Positions 1 to 13,440 of a stretch of DNA of 64,000 nt are shown one piece after another. Source of the stretch: Octopus sinensis. Lineage: Eukaryota. Position 1 is the first letter of the stretch, and each line of letters opens with the position of its first letter. Location of the stretch: contig NC_043005.1 in assembly GCF_006345805.1 (NCBI RefSeq), positions 31,992,001 through 32,056,000 of the forward strand. The letters are read 5' to 3'. A program made the position numbers and the translations under genes. The notes below the pieces were generated by a model. That model saw nothing but the letters and a program-made list of their open reading frames with translations. It was not told the origin of the DNA and searched no databases.

Positions 1-1410
1 AATGTCGCCAGGAGTTTTATGTAGGTCTTCAAGAAAGCACTTCCTACACAGACTAAGAGCCATAACATTTATAACAAAACTGTATCAAGCTATCCTACAC
101 CACCACACCAAACATGTTGAAGCTTGTTAAATATAATATGCCTGCTTCAGGTAGAGTCTGAGGTCACCCCTCAAGATAAGTCTGTAGCGGGCTGAAGTGA
201 CATGCCATATCATGTCGATATGATGTAGCCAACTGCCAAATGTAGTGTATAGATGTATAGTTTGAAGGTTCTTGCATCGGAGTAACCAGTAAACATCGAA
301 GAGTCAACACCAAGAAGGAAGAAATATTATTTACATATATTTATTTGTTTGCCCAACATGTAGTTAGAGATACAGCAATAATTGTAGTGGCAGTGACAAC
401 AAGTTCGCTTGCTGGTTGGTAGTTGATATTGTAGAGGTTGCTGTTTGCCAGTAGAGAGGGAAAGAGTAAGGAATGCACAGTGCTGACTAGAAAGGAAGAA
501 AGGATAAAGGTGGCATTGTCTTTCTTGCGACCAAAGGCTTCTCTTCTTATGTTGAGTGAAGGGCAAAAGTAAAGTGCTGCTATTGGTCATGGCTGATGCA
601 AAAGAGGAAAAGATAAGAAATGCTCTCTATTATATAAACTACGGTCAGTAATGTAGGTCAAACCTTAAAAAATGACTGACCTTTCCTTGACCAGTACAGG
701 TCCTTGGGAGTCAAGTGTTTCCCCATCAATCATCTGGTGTGGAGAGGATTTCCCACTTGTTTTGACAAGCAACAAGCAGGTAGATTTGGTTTCAAATCTC
801 AGGCAGGGCCAAGCGAGGTCCCTACAAATCTAATCAACATTGCACATACCCTAGTATCCACCCTGAGAGAACCCACAAGAGTAGGAAGGATCACGAGAAA
901 GGTGAAACTTCTGGAAATTCCACAAATTTTATGTGGATCTTGACCCCACATTGCAGAGTACACCTACCAAACACGCATCCCACCACTGACTACTGATCTT
1001 GGGATCACTAAACAAAATTGGCTCCAAGCCTCCACTACATTAACACAACTGTCAAACCCTGCAGATTGCCCTCCTGGGCAGACAATACAGACATGAACGT
1101 ACAGTATAATTTTGAAGCAGTTAGACAACAATAGCAGAAAATTTTGTATAGGAGCCATAGTTAACCCTGTGAAACAACATATTTCTATGCATAGGCACTC
1201 CCTCCCCAACCAAGGACGTAAGCACTTCACCTTACTAGCTGAGTATACCCATAAAATGGATGATTCTAAGATTAGCTATAAATTGAATTGGTCGTAATTG
1301 GTTCATCTAAAACCTTACCAGAGAGGTAAGTGTCTTTGTGAATTATATATCAATGAAGGGTTGGAGATAATATTAGCTAATAGTAAACACATTCTTAGAT
1401 ATATCTACAA
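1..1410 (+). mobile_element. Decayed Penelope-like retroelement fragment (linker + GIY-YIG endonuclease), interrupted by an unidentified segment at about 150-1000
   Basis: Bases 1-140 give, across frameshifts, KHF..HRLRAI..NCIKLSY..TPNMLKLVKYN. Bases 1040-1410 give NC..PADCP.G..Y....KFCIGAIVNPVKQHISMHRHS...LLAEYTHKMDDSKISYKLNWS*LVHLKPYQRGKCLCELYINEGLEIILANSKHIL, which resembles the C-terminal GIY-YIG region of Penelope ORFs. Stops and frameshifts are present. Confidence 0.65.
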
Positions 1411-1459
1411 AATAAAACTTGAAATTTCTTTAAAAAATTGTTATTTGTATCAGTATGTA

Positions 1460-2600
1460 TGTGTGCGCGGCCACAGATTTTTTTTTTTTCCATACCAAAT
1501 ACCGATATAATCGTTATCTTTACCACCTGAAAGGTATTTGTTGATAACCCTGTTTCTGAAAGTTACGAGGTGATAAAGTAGAATCGAGTGAATTTTCCGA
1601 AACTCTTTTCCCCGTCCTCGAAAAAATTTTTCACAACGAATTCCGATATAATCGAAATTTACACCATCTGGAGTGCATCTGAATAAATTTCATTTTAAAA
1701 TATCAATTTTTCTGGAACTTAACAGGACAGTCGGATGGCGGGAGCGGGAGGCACAATTGTGAAGGTATGCCTTATTATTATTATTATATGAATACACATT
1801 TCTATGTATTTTATACGTGTAGGAACATTTTAATGTTCATGTTTATGGCTCTAAAACCTTACACTTTTACTGCAACAATATTTGTATGTAGAAAAATATC
1901 TTCTTAACATCAATAGTGAGATTTTTCTAATGAAGTTAAAATTTGTTACATTAAGTGATAAAAAATAGCCATATTTTTAATATCATCGAGAATCAGTTCT
2001 GCTCATTAATTTTTTATTTATAAATCCGAATGCTTTCCCCATATATTGTTTATGTATTTTATAATAAAGTCAGATGGAAAGGAACCGGGAATATAAATCC
2101 GAAGAAAAAAAGCTTATCTGACACCGTTTTATGACGTCGTTACTTTCCGGTCATTTCCGTTAAATATTTTTCCATGTAATTTTTGATGAAAAATTATTTT
2201 AATTTGAAATAATTTTTTAAACCTCAGTAAAATTATTAATACACATTCGGAAATATTCAGATTTTTTGTAAAACAAAAAGAATGTTAGGGTATCCCACTA
2301 TGACGTCATTTTTCTAACATTTTTATATGGCCGCGCGAATGCTAAGGCCAGTCACGTGACCCATTAGCTTTTTGTGAGCGCTCTATCCAGGTAAGTTGTG
2401 ACTTGCTTGCAATTTTATTGTATTTTCGGATAGAAAAATCTCTTATACTGGACTCATATCATGGCAGAAAGTGAAATAAAACTATGAGGAACGTTTAATA
2501 AATCATTTTAGGCATTAAAAGCGGGCATTTTCAATGATTTAGATAAAATAAAAATTCGTTCGAAATCCAGCATGGCGTCGCTAAGTGGAGAAGGTTTATT
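1460..2600. promoter_or_regulatory. CpG-enriched promoter region of the UBAP2L-like gene
   Basis: Visible local excess of CG dinucleotides in an otherwise CpG-poor window. TGACGTCG 2132-2139, ETS-like ACTTTCCGGT 2142-2151, perfect CRE TGACGTCA 2301-2308, palindromic E-box GTCACGTGAC 2351-2360, YY1-like ATGGCG at 1735 and 2572. Confidence 0.7.
2330..2390 (+). other. UBAP2L: Probable non-coding first exon (5' UTR); start approximate
   Basis: Consensus donor CAG|GTAAGT at 2390/2391, immediately downstream of the CRE/E-box cluster. Next strong acceptor is TTTGCAG at 12128. Confidence 0.6.
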
Positions 2601-3859
2601 TGATTCTCAAATAGAAACAACTCACACACACTTCTTTCTCTCTCTCTCTAGCATCGTTTTATATTTTTACATACACACACACATTTATAAATACAGACAT
2701 AGAAACTATTAAATTCATCTAAATGTCACAAAAATAGAGCCATATACGATTTTTGTTCCCACTTGATTATGTTTGCTATTAAGGAATGGGTGTAGTATAT
2801 GGGAGGGAGATATTGTGCGTTGTGACGTTCATGCCTTTTTCCAAGGGCATTTGCAACGCAGAGGAATGAAAGATCTAAATATATTCAATGTAAAACCGTA
2901 ATCTGGTGCCTTTGAAATGGTATTCTTTAGAGTTCGCTTCTCTAAATGATTGTATGTTCTATGTAGCATGTGTGTGCATTTGTTTCATTTGCCGGTTGAA
3001 GGGTTTATGTATAAAATAAGGCTTTATCCACCAAATATACCTTTATATCGATCCCTCTCGCGATAACAAATATTTTTCTATCTGTATTCGAACACCTTAG
3101 CCATTACTATACATCAACTTTATTCCCTCTTATTAAAGAAAGCTCAATTAACAGCTATCATATCTGCTTCAGTCGTGCAGTTTTATTATTTAGACCTTCA
3201 TTTATATTTGGCTATTACCAATAGCCAAATATAAAATATACTAGAAACATTATATGGATTATATTTTATTTCCTCTTTTATTGAAGCTATATACACTCAC
3301 TTCCAGGCCGCATGTGTTGTGAATATCCAGGAACAAAAAAAAAAAGTCAGGAAAACTTACAACTCCTCGAATTTATTTCATTAATTTCACAAAATGTGAT
3401 GTTTTCACAGACTTTTTAATGCTAGTATTAATGTTATTGTGTATAAATTATTGTTAGTTAATAAGCCATGTTAAATTGTTAAAATGAAATTACTTTTTTC
3501 TGCAACTATACACGAAGATATACATGTATATATATATGTAAGTACACATGTATGGATGCATACACAATAGATGTTAAATACACTATATATAATCACCATA
3601 CTACAATACACAATGTGTGTGTGTGTGTATGTATATATATATATATTCCCACACACGTAGTTTTGATTAAATCTCAACATGTCACATTTGTGTCTAGTTA
3701 CTGAGCCTATGAAGGCTCACTATTGAAATCGGAAAGTGAAATAATGTTCATTTTTTCTCTCAAGTGAGCACTGAATGTGTGTGTGTTCATCTTGTGTAAC
3801 TGATATATAATCTTTCAACCCAGTGTTTAACATAAATCTGATAAATATATATGTGTATA

Positions 3860-3867
<8 letters not shown>

Positions 3868-3896
<29 letters not shown>
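3868..3896. repeat. (TA)n microsatellite
   Basis: Direct reading of the sequence. Confidence 0.9.
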
Positions 3897-3901
<5 letters not shown>

Positions 3902-6144
3902 TGATCAGTAATAATGGTGGTGGCATAATTAGCGATGGTGGAACCCATCTGTCTTCACCTTTCCCTTACCGATTCCTTTATTCGCTATTTTAATGTCTGC
4001 TCCACTTTGTGCTGCTTTAATACTGGCTCAGACGATTATTTTGTGTTAATGAAGATGGATTTAGTGTGGCTCTCATTTATTTATAATAATCTTTGCTTCA
4101 GCTCGTCACCTTCAGAGTATTGATTATTAAACAGTTATTGTTTCTACTTTGTTCTAATTAATATTACTTTAAAAAAAAAAAGGGCATTAAAATATTCTGC
4201 AGTGATTCTTATGACAAAGTGTGTGCTAGAAAAGTTGTCGATTTATTTATTTCCCTGTATTAATTCTGGTTCCACGTCGTTCTGAAATATAAAACCATGC
4301 CTACAAATTACCTTTTAATTCACAAACAGCTAACAACCATCTAAATGTAACCACACTTATTTACATCTTTAATTAATTAGTAACAAAACGAATATATATT
4401 TCTCTCTTTGTTATATGTTGAAATGAAGTAGAGTTTAGTAGGTACACATGATTTCACAATAAGAATTTCATGAACTGAGATAACAAAGAATAGGAGGAGG
4501 AGGCCTTTTATATTTTGTACGTCCATCAACAAGAATTTTGATGCCGAATTACTAAGCCATGTGTCCACTGGGAAACTCAATTTTGTATTGTAAAATTCAA
4601 AGAATTAGCTCAGATTTCTCTGATAGCAATCTTTAAAGGATGTTTAATAATAGTAATTAATGCAGTCATTGATCCCTCTACAAAGTGCTGAGTCAGTCAC
4701 TTGTAACCGGATTAATTTACCTTTATTAATTGTAATTATTTTCAGTGTATAGCTTCATCACTTTCTTCCACCTTGTCTTGCGAAGCTTGAATCTACTACA
4801 AATTGAGATAATTATTAATTTGTTCTTACATGAATGTAGGTTTAATATCATTAGCAGCATAATCGTACATTTATATTTGATGGAACCTACAATTTAAATG
4901 CCCAGTTCTTAAAGGCACATAAACGACTACAATGATGTAGTAATATAATTTATCCACTGGCTATTTACCTTACCTATATAGTTTTGCTTTATCTACATTA
5001 ATGAACATCATTTTCTATTTCACACTAAATTCTACTGTAGAGAAAGAAGAGGGGTATATTTATTTTCCCCTTCAGTTTGAATTTCCTAACTACCCGGTTC
5101 GTGTAGACATAACCGTGGCAAGGTCTTGCACAATGGAGGAAACTAAATAGCTACCTGCCAATATAGCCTGCAAGTTGGGGACGGGGTTTTTAGCTACAAC
5201 ATAGCTGGATGGCTAGGTTCACCTCCTCCCACTTTCTGCTAAAATTTTTACGTTAGGCATAAAAGAATCGGATTAAAAGTGTGGAATCTACTGAATTTTG
5301 GGTCTTCTACCTTATCCCTCCCTTCTGAGATGGGGTCGAGTGAATGTATGAATGAATAGTGTTTTTCCTTCCAGTATATTTTTTTTATATTTTCACTTTT
5401 CAACCATTTAACGTTCAAAATGTATAAAGAATTTTCTTTCACCTTTTCGGAAACTATGCTGACTGTTTTTAACTCGTGATTTTTTTTTTACTACTTCAAC
5501 CGAATTATCGACAATTAGGTAAATTCTATTTTTCAGTATTGTATGTGTGTGATTGCAGCATTGTTGATGTGCTGGTGATAGTCTCAATTTAAAGCGATTC
5601 TAGTGAAAAAAAAGCTGGATGTAATCTAGAAAAAAAAAAAGCTTAGAATTGCTTCCACAAAAACCAATATATTTTTTTTCTTTTGTTTTAGCGATCATAA
5701 TGCCACTCACCAAATCTCTAAGATTGCTACTGAGACACATTTAAATGTTGGAGCTTATTGCAATTTATTTCTAAACTAAAATTCATTTATTATTATAGGA
5801 TAGTTTGTAAGAAATGAAATTGTTTTCTACTGCAATATAAATTATATTGCTTCCTGGTCAGCAAATTTAATTTTGACGGCAAGCTATCCGGTAAAAACAA
5901 TTACGACTACATATCATCGCCTTTCATTTTTCTCGACTACTACTACTAGTACTGTGTGTTTATAAGTAGATTATATCCTACCCCTACTGCTGCGTGTGCG
6001 CGTACATTATACATACACACACACAAGCTTTGTACCATATGGTTAGGTTGAGTTGCTTTTAATAAACCCACACGGGATATCACAATCTAGCACATTATTA
6101 GGTAGAAAGGGAGAATGTCACTAATCAATTCATATACAAACCTT

Positions 6145-6192
<48 letters not shown>

Positions 6193-7554
6193 CACACACT
6201 TTTTAAAATATATATCTTTCATTAGGGTCAAGCTTGTACATAGCAATCTAATAATTAGAACGACTGTAAGATTGGCATTGTTATGTATTGAGTGCTTTGT
6301 TTCTACGTGTTTAATATTTCGTTAGTGAGTATAGTTTCCGTTGTGTTATATTTATTAACACGTTTGAATAAAATAATGGTAGGCATTATTGTATTTCATG
6401 AAATAAAAGTTTTTAACAACATATTAAGAAATGTTTTGTATGTTATGGCATCGTAAGAACAGTTCCAACAAAACGATGTCCACTGAATAAATTACATTTC
6501 CTTTTTTGAATTAAATGGGTTTTTTTTATTTTTAAATTTCGTTGTTTCGGTTTAACGCAAATCAAAGGGAGAGCTTATCATTGTTTAATAATAATCCTAG
6601 GGAAATATTTATGCTGATGCTTTCTCGATGTGGTTTTTGCCTTCTGTGGATGTGATTCCAACCTCAAAGACTTCTGGTTGTAGCGTCAACATTGTCAACA
6701 TAACCAATGGCGAAGCTTTATCAATCTTACTAACTTATTAAACATTCACTCATTTCATATAATAATTTGTTATGGAATACTAATTAACACACTGTCTGAC
6801 ATATTTAATGTTACATTTATGGCTGTTTATTATAATTTTTGACTCGGCTAAATATGTTGCTGTTTTAATTCTTTGTGGAATTTAAAACATGGACGAAGTT
6901 GTTGCCCTCAATAACCATTGTTCTTTGTTTAGACAGAATTTTTTTTTTTCGAATCCAACTGACTTTTTAATGTCTTCCTCTTGGTGATTTTTCTTTCTCT
7001 TTTCTATTTTTTTTTTACTTTCTGCCTCTCGTTATGGTTAATGACCCAGAGGAAAGGGGTTTTCTTGCCTTGTACACAGATGTTAACACCCCCACTCCCG
7101 AGGGGGAGGGGTTGTTTTGTTTAATGTCCCTTATATTTTTCTCTGCATCCCCCCTTTTCCATTGCTCTTTTTCACTCTCTCTCTCTCTCTCTCCTTAACA
7201 AACAGGTATAAATCGTAATTTTATACATACATCAATGTACATACACTTGCTCTGTGAACTATGTACATATGTCGCTGCTCACAATAATGAAAAGGCACCC
7301 AACCCAATTCTTATGGGACCTCGTCTCTTACCTTAATAATGTCAATAGTTTATTGTTTATCATTCGATTTTTCTATGTTGGCGTTTTGGTTGATTTTGTA
7401 CTCCCATTTCCTCATTTCATTGTGTGTTATGTAATTATATATATATATATATTCGAATTTTTTCTTTCTGTCCATATCTGCAAATATATATTGCAGTTAT
7501 ATGTACATAATTAAGCTTTGACTTTATTTCATTACTCTGTTTCCCCCACTTCAC

Positions 7555-7560
<6 letters not shown>

Positions 7561-7626
<66 letters not shown>
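7561..7626. repeat. Compound (TA)n(CA)n microsatellite
   Basis: Direct reading of the sequence. Confidence 0.95.
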
Positions 7627-9181
7627 TAGTCAGTGTATGGGTGTGTGTTTCACTGATACAAATGTCCATGTACAAAACACTCTGCAGGTGCGCCACCTTT
7701 GATGGAAACTGAAAATAAAGTTTTTATTCCTTGTAATTCTTAGCACCACTCTCATAGAATGTATCGTCAGTACTAGTTAATTATCATAATGGATAGGACC
7801 CCCTCCCTTTTTTTTTCTCTCTCTCGCATTTTGTTTGCCATTTTATTGTAAAAAAATAGTTAGAAAGATTGCTCTATAAAAGTATTAAATTTAGGTTGTT
7901 GTACAAAAATGAACTGAAATTTTTTAACTTAGATACTGTGTTCCACTTGGTAGTTGAAAACTAACCAGTAGTGATATTACATTGCATGAATGAGCCCCTA
8001 AAAGTAAACTGTGCAACGTTTTCCTTCATCTCGACAATTATTTATATTGTCAAAAACCAAGCAAAGCACTAGGTAAATAAAATTAGTTTGTTCTGCGACG
8101 GGTATGGAGAGCTGTGTGTGATGTTGCATGAAACACTACTCTTTTAGTACAAAACTAAACTACCCACCCGGAGTGGACAAACTGCTTTAATACGGTCCTT
8201 CATTCAAGAAATCCGACTATCTGATGTTGATATTTAAAACATGTTAAATTCAACAATAATTGTAACAATACTATCACCACCACCATTATTATTCTCTGGT
8301 GGGTAACCAAAATGTCGTCCAGTTCTACCACCTCCTCCGACAATCTTAATACAAGATCAGCTTAACTTCAAAAATGATTAAGATTGCTGTTTTTTTTATA
8401 CTTTAATCAAATCCGACAATTTTCTGTTTCTTTTGTATTGTCTCCTATTTATGAATCCTCATGTTTGAGGTGAACATTTAGAACGGAACTTGAATATTTT
8501 TACTTTTTGTTCTGCGTAAAATATATCCTTGTTTACATTCGTTTATATCACACCCGCTCTCCCATCTATCTCTCTCTCTCTCTCTCTCTCTCTGCATGTG
8601 ATATTCGCCTAACCTTATTTTTTTCGTTCGATTTGGATTTCAACTAGAGTCGAACTTTGTATTTTGTTTCCTGTAAAACATTGGAATTAGTCCTTGAGAA
8701 TCGTTCTTATTTCCATAATACCGTAACCAATTAAATATTTTGTTTTGAATTCCACACGCACGAAAGAGTAAAACAAAACAGAAAAATATGTATATTGTCA
8801 CCTAACCTAAAAAAAACTGTCGCTGCAGGTACTCTTCCGGATTGTCACATTCATTTTCTGAATCTTATTGTGTTAGTTAGATTAATGAATTACATACAAA
8901 ACTATTTATCTGACTATTTCAATATTACTCCTGATTGTTTGCTTTTATAATCTGTGACTTTTTTGTATTTTTAATTGCATTCATTTTCGATAAATTAAAA
9001 GTTTTTCAGTTGAGTAGACCTATAACAAAGGCATTCTACCTATGACCACCCTATCATTTTCTAGTATGCTGGGAGCCCAGGACTACATTATTAGTCCTTT
9101 TTATGACAGAGGGATGTGAGTTGACGGAAATTTAATTGCCATTTTTAGCAAGTCAAGCAACTTTGACTCGATCATGTAGTG

Positions 9182-9498
9182 CAGTAATTCTCAACGTGGC
9201 GCATATGCCGCATCGGTGGGGCGTGGGATCCATTTTTCTTTAACTTGGAATTGTAAAAATCTGTTTTTCACAGCAAACATACTCAGCCGAACCAAGCTAA
9301 TCCCTCCAGCCAAGCATACTTCGAGACGTGTTTGCTACTGTATAGAGCTATTCGTGTAGAGCCTTCGTGTAGATATTTCTTTTAGGAAAATGTATAATTA
9401 TGAAATATTAAAATTTATTTTTTTCCAACCACCGATGGGGCATACATTTTTCTGGAAAGTTATAGTGGGGCTTGGGAGAAATAGTTGGGGAAACACTG
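9182..9498. mobile_element. hAT-type MITE (317 bp)
   Basis: Exact 8-bp TSD ATGTAGTG at 9174-9181 and 9499-9506. Imperfect TIRs CAGTAATTCTCAAC / GTTGGGGAAACACTG, the CAGT...AAC pattern of hAT elements. Confidence 0.8.
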
Positions 9499-10544
9499 AT
9501 GTAGTGGATGGTTTATTATTAGTATATGAATAAAGTAGCACTGTCAAAATAAGGATATGGCAGTCGTATCTGTAAAAATTTACCGTCGTATCTTGGTGTA
9601 ATAACATTGTACACATACATTGTAGTGTTGCCTTATACGTTGATCAAACAACATTTTAATTAGAAAACTCAGTTTTGTTGTCCTGGTAGGGTCAATGACC
9701 ATCCTGAAATAGAAAATTTGTTTCAATGTACAAGTTCCACATCAAGAATATTGCAAACCAAATTCAAAAACAATACTTTTAAATGAGAAATTGTTAGCCA
9801 TGTTGACAAGAATTATAAATTGCATAAAAGTTTTAATTACTTTAAAAAAAAAACCAAGTATATTCCTCCAATTTTTATGTACTCTCCATACTGGTGAATT
9901 TCAGCTCACACACACACATTTAAAAACTATGTATTGTAAAATATTGAACTGTATTGAATTTACTTTTGTTATAATTAAAACAAACTTTAAAGTTAGACTG
10001 GAAGTTGGACTTGCTGTGACTTATCTACTTAAGCCAGTTGACCTGTCAACTTTGGTTACTGTTTGTCAGTTGCTCCTTATTTTTTGGTGTTGTGAAATGA
10101 TCATTCATTTACTTGTAATGTGGCTTAAAAACCTTTTTTATTAAATTTATTTATGAAAATATATTTTAATTTCATAATGCTTATTTTAGCAACCTTTTTA
10201 AGATTTAAAGAAACATAAAACCCTGTAAAGTATATTTATGTTTTTAGAGTTAGCTTTGACTTTTAGTTAAATTTTCTGCCCTCCACCTCTTCCAATTGAC
10301 TTCTAAAAAAGTAGTTGCACTAACCTCAGTTGTTTGTACCTCAAATAACTGCAACTAACCAGACTCTCACTTAAGCATAATTGGCTTTTAAAAAGTTTAC
10401 CAATATCTCTATCCAGATGGTTGGTTTCAAGATAAAACTACATTTATTTAAAATTTCTATTCACTTCATAAACAGGTTAACTATTAATATAACAAGGAAA
10501 GTAGGGAGTTCCAGTTGTCTCTAGCTCATATGTTGAGGTGGAAT

Positions 10545-10780
10545 AGTCTTCATCATTTAACCTTCGTTTTCTATTCTGGCATGGGCAGGATGATTTGACA
10601 GGAACCAGTGTGCCAGGAGAGTGCACCAAGCTCTGTTGTCTGTTTTGGCATGGTTCCTACAGCTGGATGCCCTTCCTAACACTAACCACTTTACAGAATG
10701 TACTGGGTACTTTTTTAATTTTTTGATTTGTGGTAGTGAAGTCACTAAGTAACTTGGCAGGCCAAGACCCCTCAACTAGG
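10545..10780 (+). mobile_element. Octopus-type SINE/RTE-tail repeat
   Basis: CATCATTTAAC...GCTGGATGCCCTTCCTAAC motif recurs with related copies at about 29335, 49700, 54280 and 56490. Confidence 0.65.
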
Positions 10781-11619
10781 AGAGTAGTATTGAGGGACTA
10801 GAAACATAGCTACTTCAGGTAGAGAGAAAGGAAGTGATAGGAATAGAGAAGGGGCCATATACCCAAGTTACAGGCAGGTGTATATAGTGAAGTGAACCAG
10901 GGGTGGAGAGGATGTGAGTTAACAAGAATGTGAAAGAGTGAGAGCTAGAGGTGGGGAGATGTAAGGAGTCGGTACTGGTAGTGGAGGGGAGTCTTAGGAG
11001 GCTCTGTTGTGGGGAAGGGATTGAACAGGGACATTGTATGCAGGTATGAGAGTGTAATTGGAAAGGCGGAGGATATTGTAGTGGTAAGCATGGAAGTGGG
11101 GTGCATGGACCTAGGTTTTACTTGGTTGGATGGGTCATCTAAATCTATCAAACTTCATTGTGCACTTATGCCATTGTTGTGTAAAGATGCTGTATGGACT
11201 TTTGCTACATGTTCTCATTGTATTAATTTAGGGATACCAAATGGCAGTGTGTGCAGTTGTTTTTGACAGTATCTGGTATCAGTTATCCAAGTTATCACAG
11301 TCATATGAAGAGTTGGAAATGGAAACAGAATGTTCTAACTTTGATAACTATTTTACAAAAATACTGGATCAAGAAAATCTTCCAACAGATTATCTTTCTT
11401 CTTAGAAGAAGTTCTGACAGCAGGAAGATCTGTTGATGGTAGGGTACTTGTAGCTGTGAAATGTGAAGGTACTAAATTGTAGTTTATTGTTCTGATGGAA
11501 GGGTATCTTCTAGTTGTATTACACAAGATGCTGTCTCTAAAAGATTTGATAGGAATTACTTTGGTGGTATTTCCATGGTGTAGTCATTACAAGTAGTAAA
11601 TATTACATTGCCCAGAAAA

Positions 11620-11960
11620 TAGTCCTATGATAGGCTGTGTAAAGAAATTTGCTTCCCAGCCACATGATCTTGGGAACAAGTCCTAATGTACAGCACCTTG
11701 GGTAAGTGTCTCCTACTATAGCCCTGGGCCAATCAAAGCCTTGTGAATCAATTTGGTTAATGGAAACTGAAGGGAACCCATAGTAATTGTATGAGTGTTT
11801 TTATACTTGTGCCTCTTTGTCTTAACATCATGTGGTTATTGTAAATATTTATTCATTTCCAATATTTTGCAAAACATGTCTGGTTAGAGGGGAATATTAT
11901 CATGCTTGGAAATAGCGTAAGGGTTGGCAACAGGAAGGGCATCCAGCTGTAGAAAGTCTT
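11620..11960 (+). mobile_element. tRNA-derived SINE (octopus OR/OK-like), decayed
   Basis: CACCTTGGGTAAGTGTCT...AAAGCCTTGTGA...TTTGGT...GGAAACTGAA core shared with many copies in the window (about 14300, 15050, 16300, 21760, 23100, 23450, 23760, 36240, 56200). Confidence 0.7.
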
Positions 11961-12163
11961 GTACAGAGAACTGGACGTGAAAATTTTTGAATATACGTTC
12001 AGTTGAAGTAAAGGTATTCATAACATTTGTGCTTTTTAATCAACCAGAAGTTTACAAATTTAAAAATTTCTCTTGCCTTTTGTTTGAAAATACACTCAGT
12101 TCCCTTTTTATTTCATGTTTCTTTGCAGGTTTTGTATATAAGTGTTGTATATAATAAGTGTGT

Positions 12164-12283
12164 ATGATGAATACAGCCTTGAGCACTTCGCGTGCCAACA
12201 GTAGGAATAGCAAGGATAAGTCAGCTAAAACTGCAACACAGGCACATAACACAATGAAAATTGATGGCCCCCCCAAAGTACAA
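12164..12283 (+). CDS. UBAP2L: UBAP2L-like coding exon (exon 2, first coding): MMNTALSTSRANSRNSKDKSAKTATQAHNTMKIDGPPKVQ
   Basis: Acceptor TTTGCAG at 12128 (exon starts 12129), in-frame TAA TAA upstream of the ATG, donor GTAAGT at 12284; 120 nt, phase 0. Confidence 0.8.
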
Positions 12284-13169
12284 GTAAGTTTTTCTTTGTT
12301 TCATTTATAATGGGCTTTGAAAATTTCAGAAATTAAAAGAATGATATATTTTTCTGTTATATAAATATGTAGTTAAGATTTTCATTTATTTTTAATGTTT
12401 TTAAAATGATGCTTTTTTATTATTTCACTAAAAATTTAGTTCTTAGAATGTAAATTCAGGTGTGTGTGTGTGTGTGTACAAGCACACACGTGCATTTATG
12501 TTATTCAATAACAGTTTGATTCAGCTCTCTGCATCTTAGTTTTGTGGACTCATTAGACAAACTAAGCTTGTTAGGCTAAGGTAACCAAATGGTTTCTAGA
12601 GATTGGGCTGCTATTGATCAAGGCAGGTCATATGGTATTGTTTGCTATAGATATTGGTATGAAAGCAACATCAGTGCTTAACCCAATCTGTATTTCTACG
12701 ACATCATACTTAGAAAAGATATGGGGCCTCTCTGTCTGGGAAGTGGAGTGAGAATTGCTGGCAACACCAGTATGCCAATGTATGTGTGTGGGTTAACTAG
12801 TTCATTGATGTATGTGTACATGTATGCCTGGGTTTGTATATTTGGAACATGTGTGTATCAAGTGCATGGGTGAGTGCATGTACGAATGTATGTACATGCC
12901 TGGTATGCATGTATGAGTATGTATGTATGAATACATCTGGTATGTGGAATATGCATATCAGTATTTGTGTATATATTTATGTGTGCATCTACATGAATGG
13001 GTGAGTGTATATTACATCTGGTATATGTGTATTTACATATCTCTATTATTTGTGTGTTTACATTTGGTGTGTGTAATGATGTGGCAACAGCATTTTTGAA
13101 CAATTGAATTTGTTGATTAAGATTTAGTGGTGCAAGGGAAAGCATACATACACACATATAAAGACAATT

Positions 13170-13440
13170 TTGGCAGTCTGTCGGTCACAATGGCAAGAGT
13201 TCCAGTTGATCCAATCAACAGAACACACACATGTACTCTTAATATAGTTCTCAGGGAGATTCAGCATGACATAGTGTGACAATGCTGGCCCTTTGAAATA
13301 CAGATACTACTTATTTTTGCCACCTGAGGGACTGGAGCAATGTGAAATAAAGTGTCTTGCTCAAGGCACCACATGTCACTGGGGATTGAACTCAGAAACT
13401 AATAATACGAGCCAAATGCCTTAACCACTAAGCCATTCAC
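13170..13440 (+). mobile_element. SINE of a second family, decayed
   Basis: GAGTTCCAGTTGATCC...CTCAGGGAGATTCAGCATGAC...GAAATAAAGTGTCTTGCTCAAGG...CCTTAACCACTAAGCC, a recognisable SINE body and tail. Confidence 0.55.

Noticed and set aside
1390-1690. Roughly 95-codon open frame on the minus strand as the first exon of a divergent gene
   Set aside because: No ATG in frame, no recognisable homology and no supporting downstream exons within the window.
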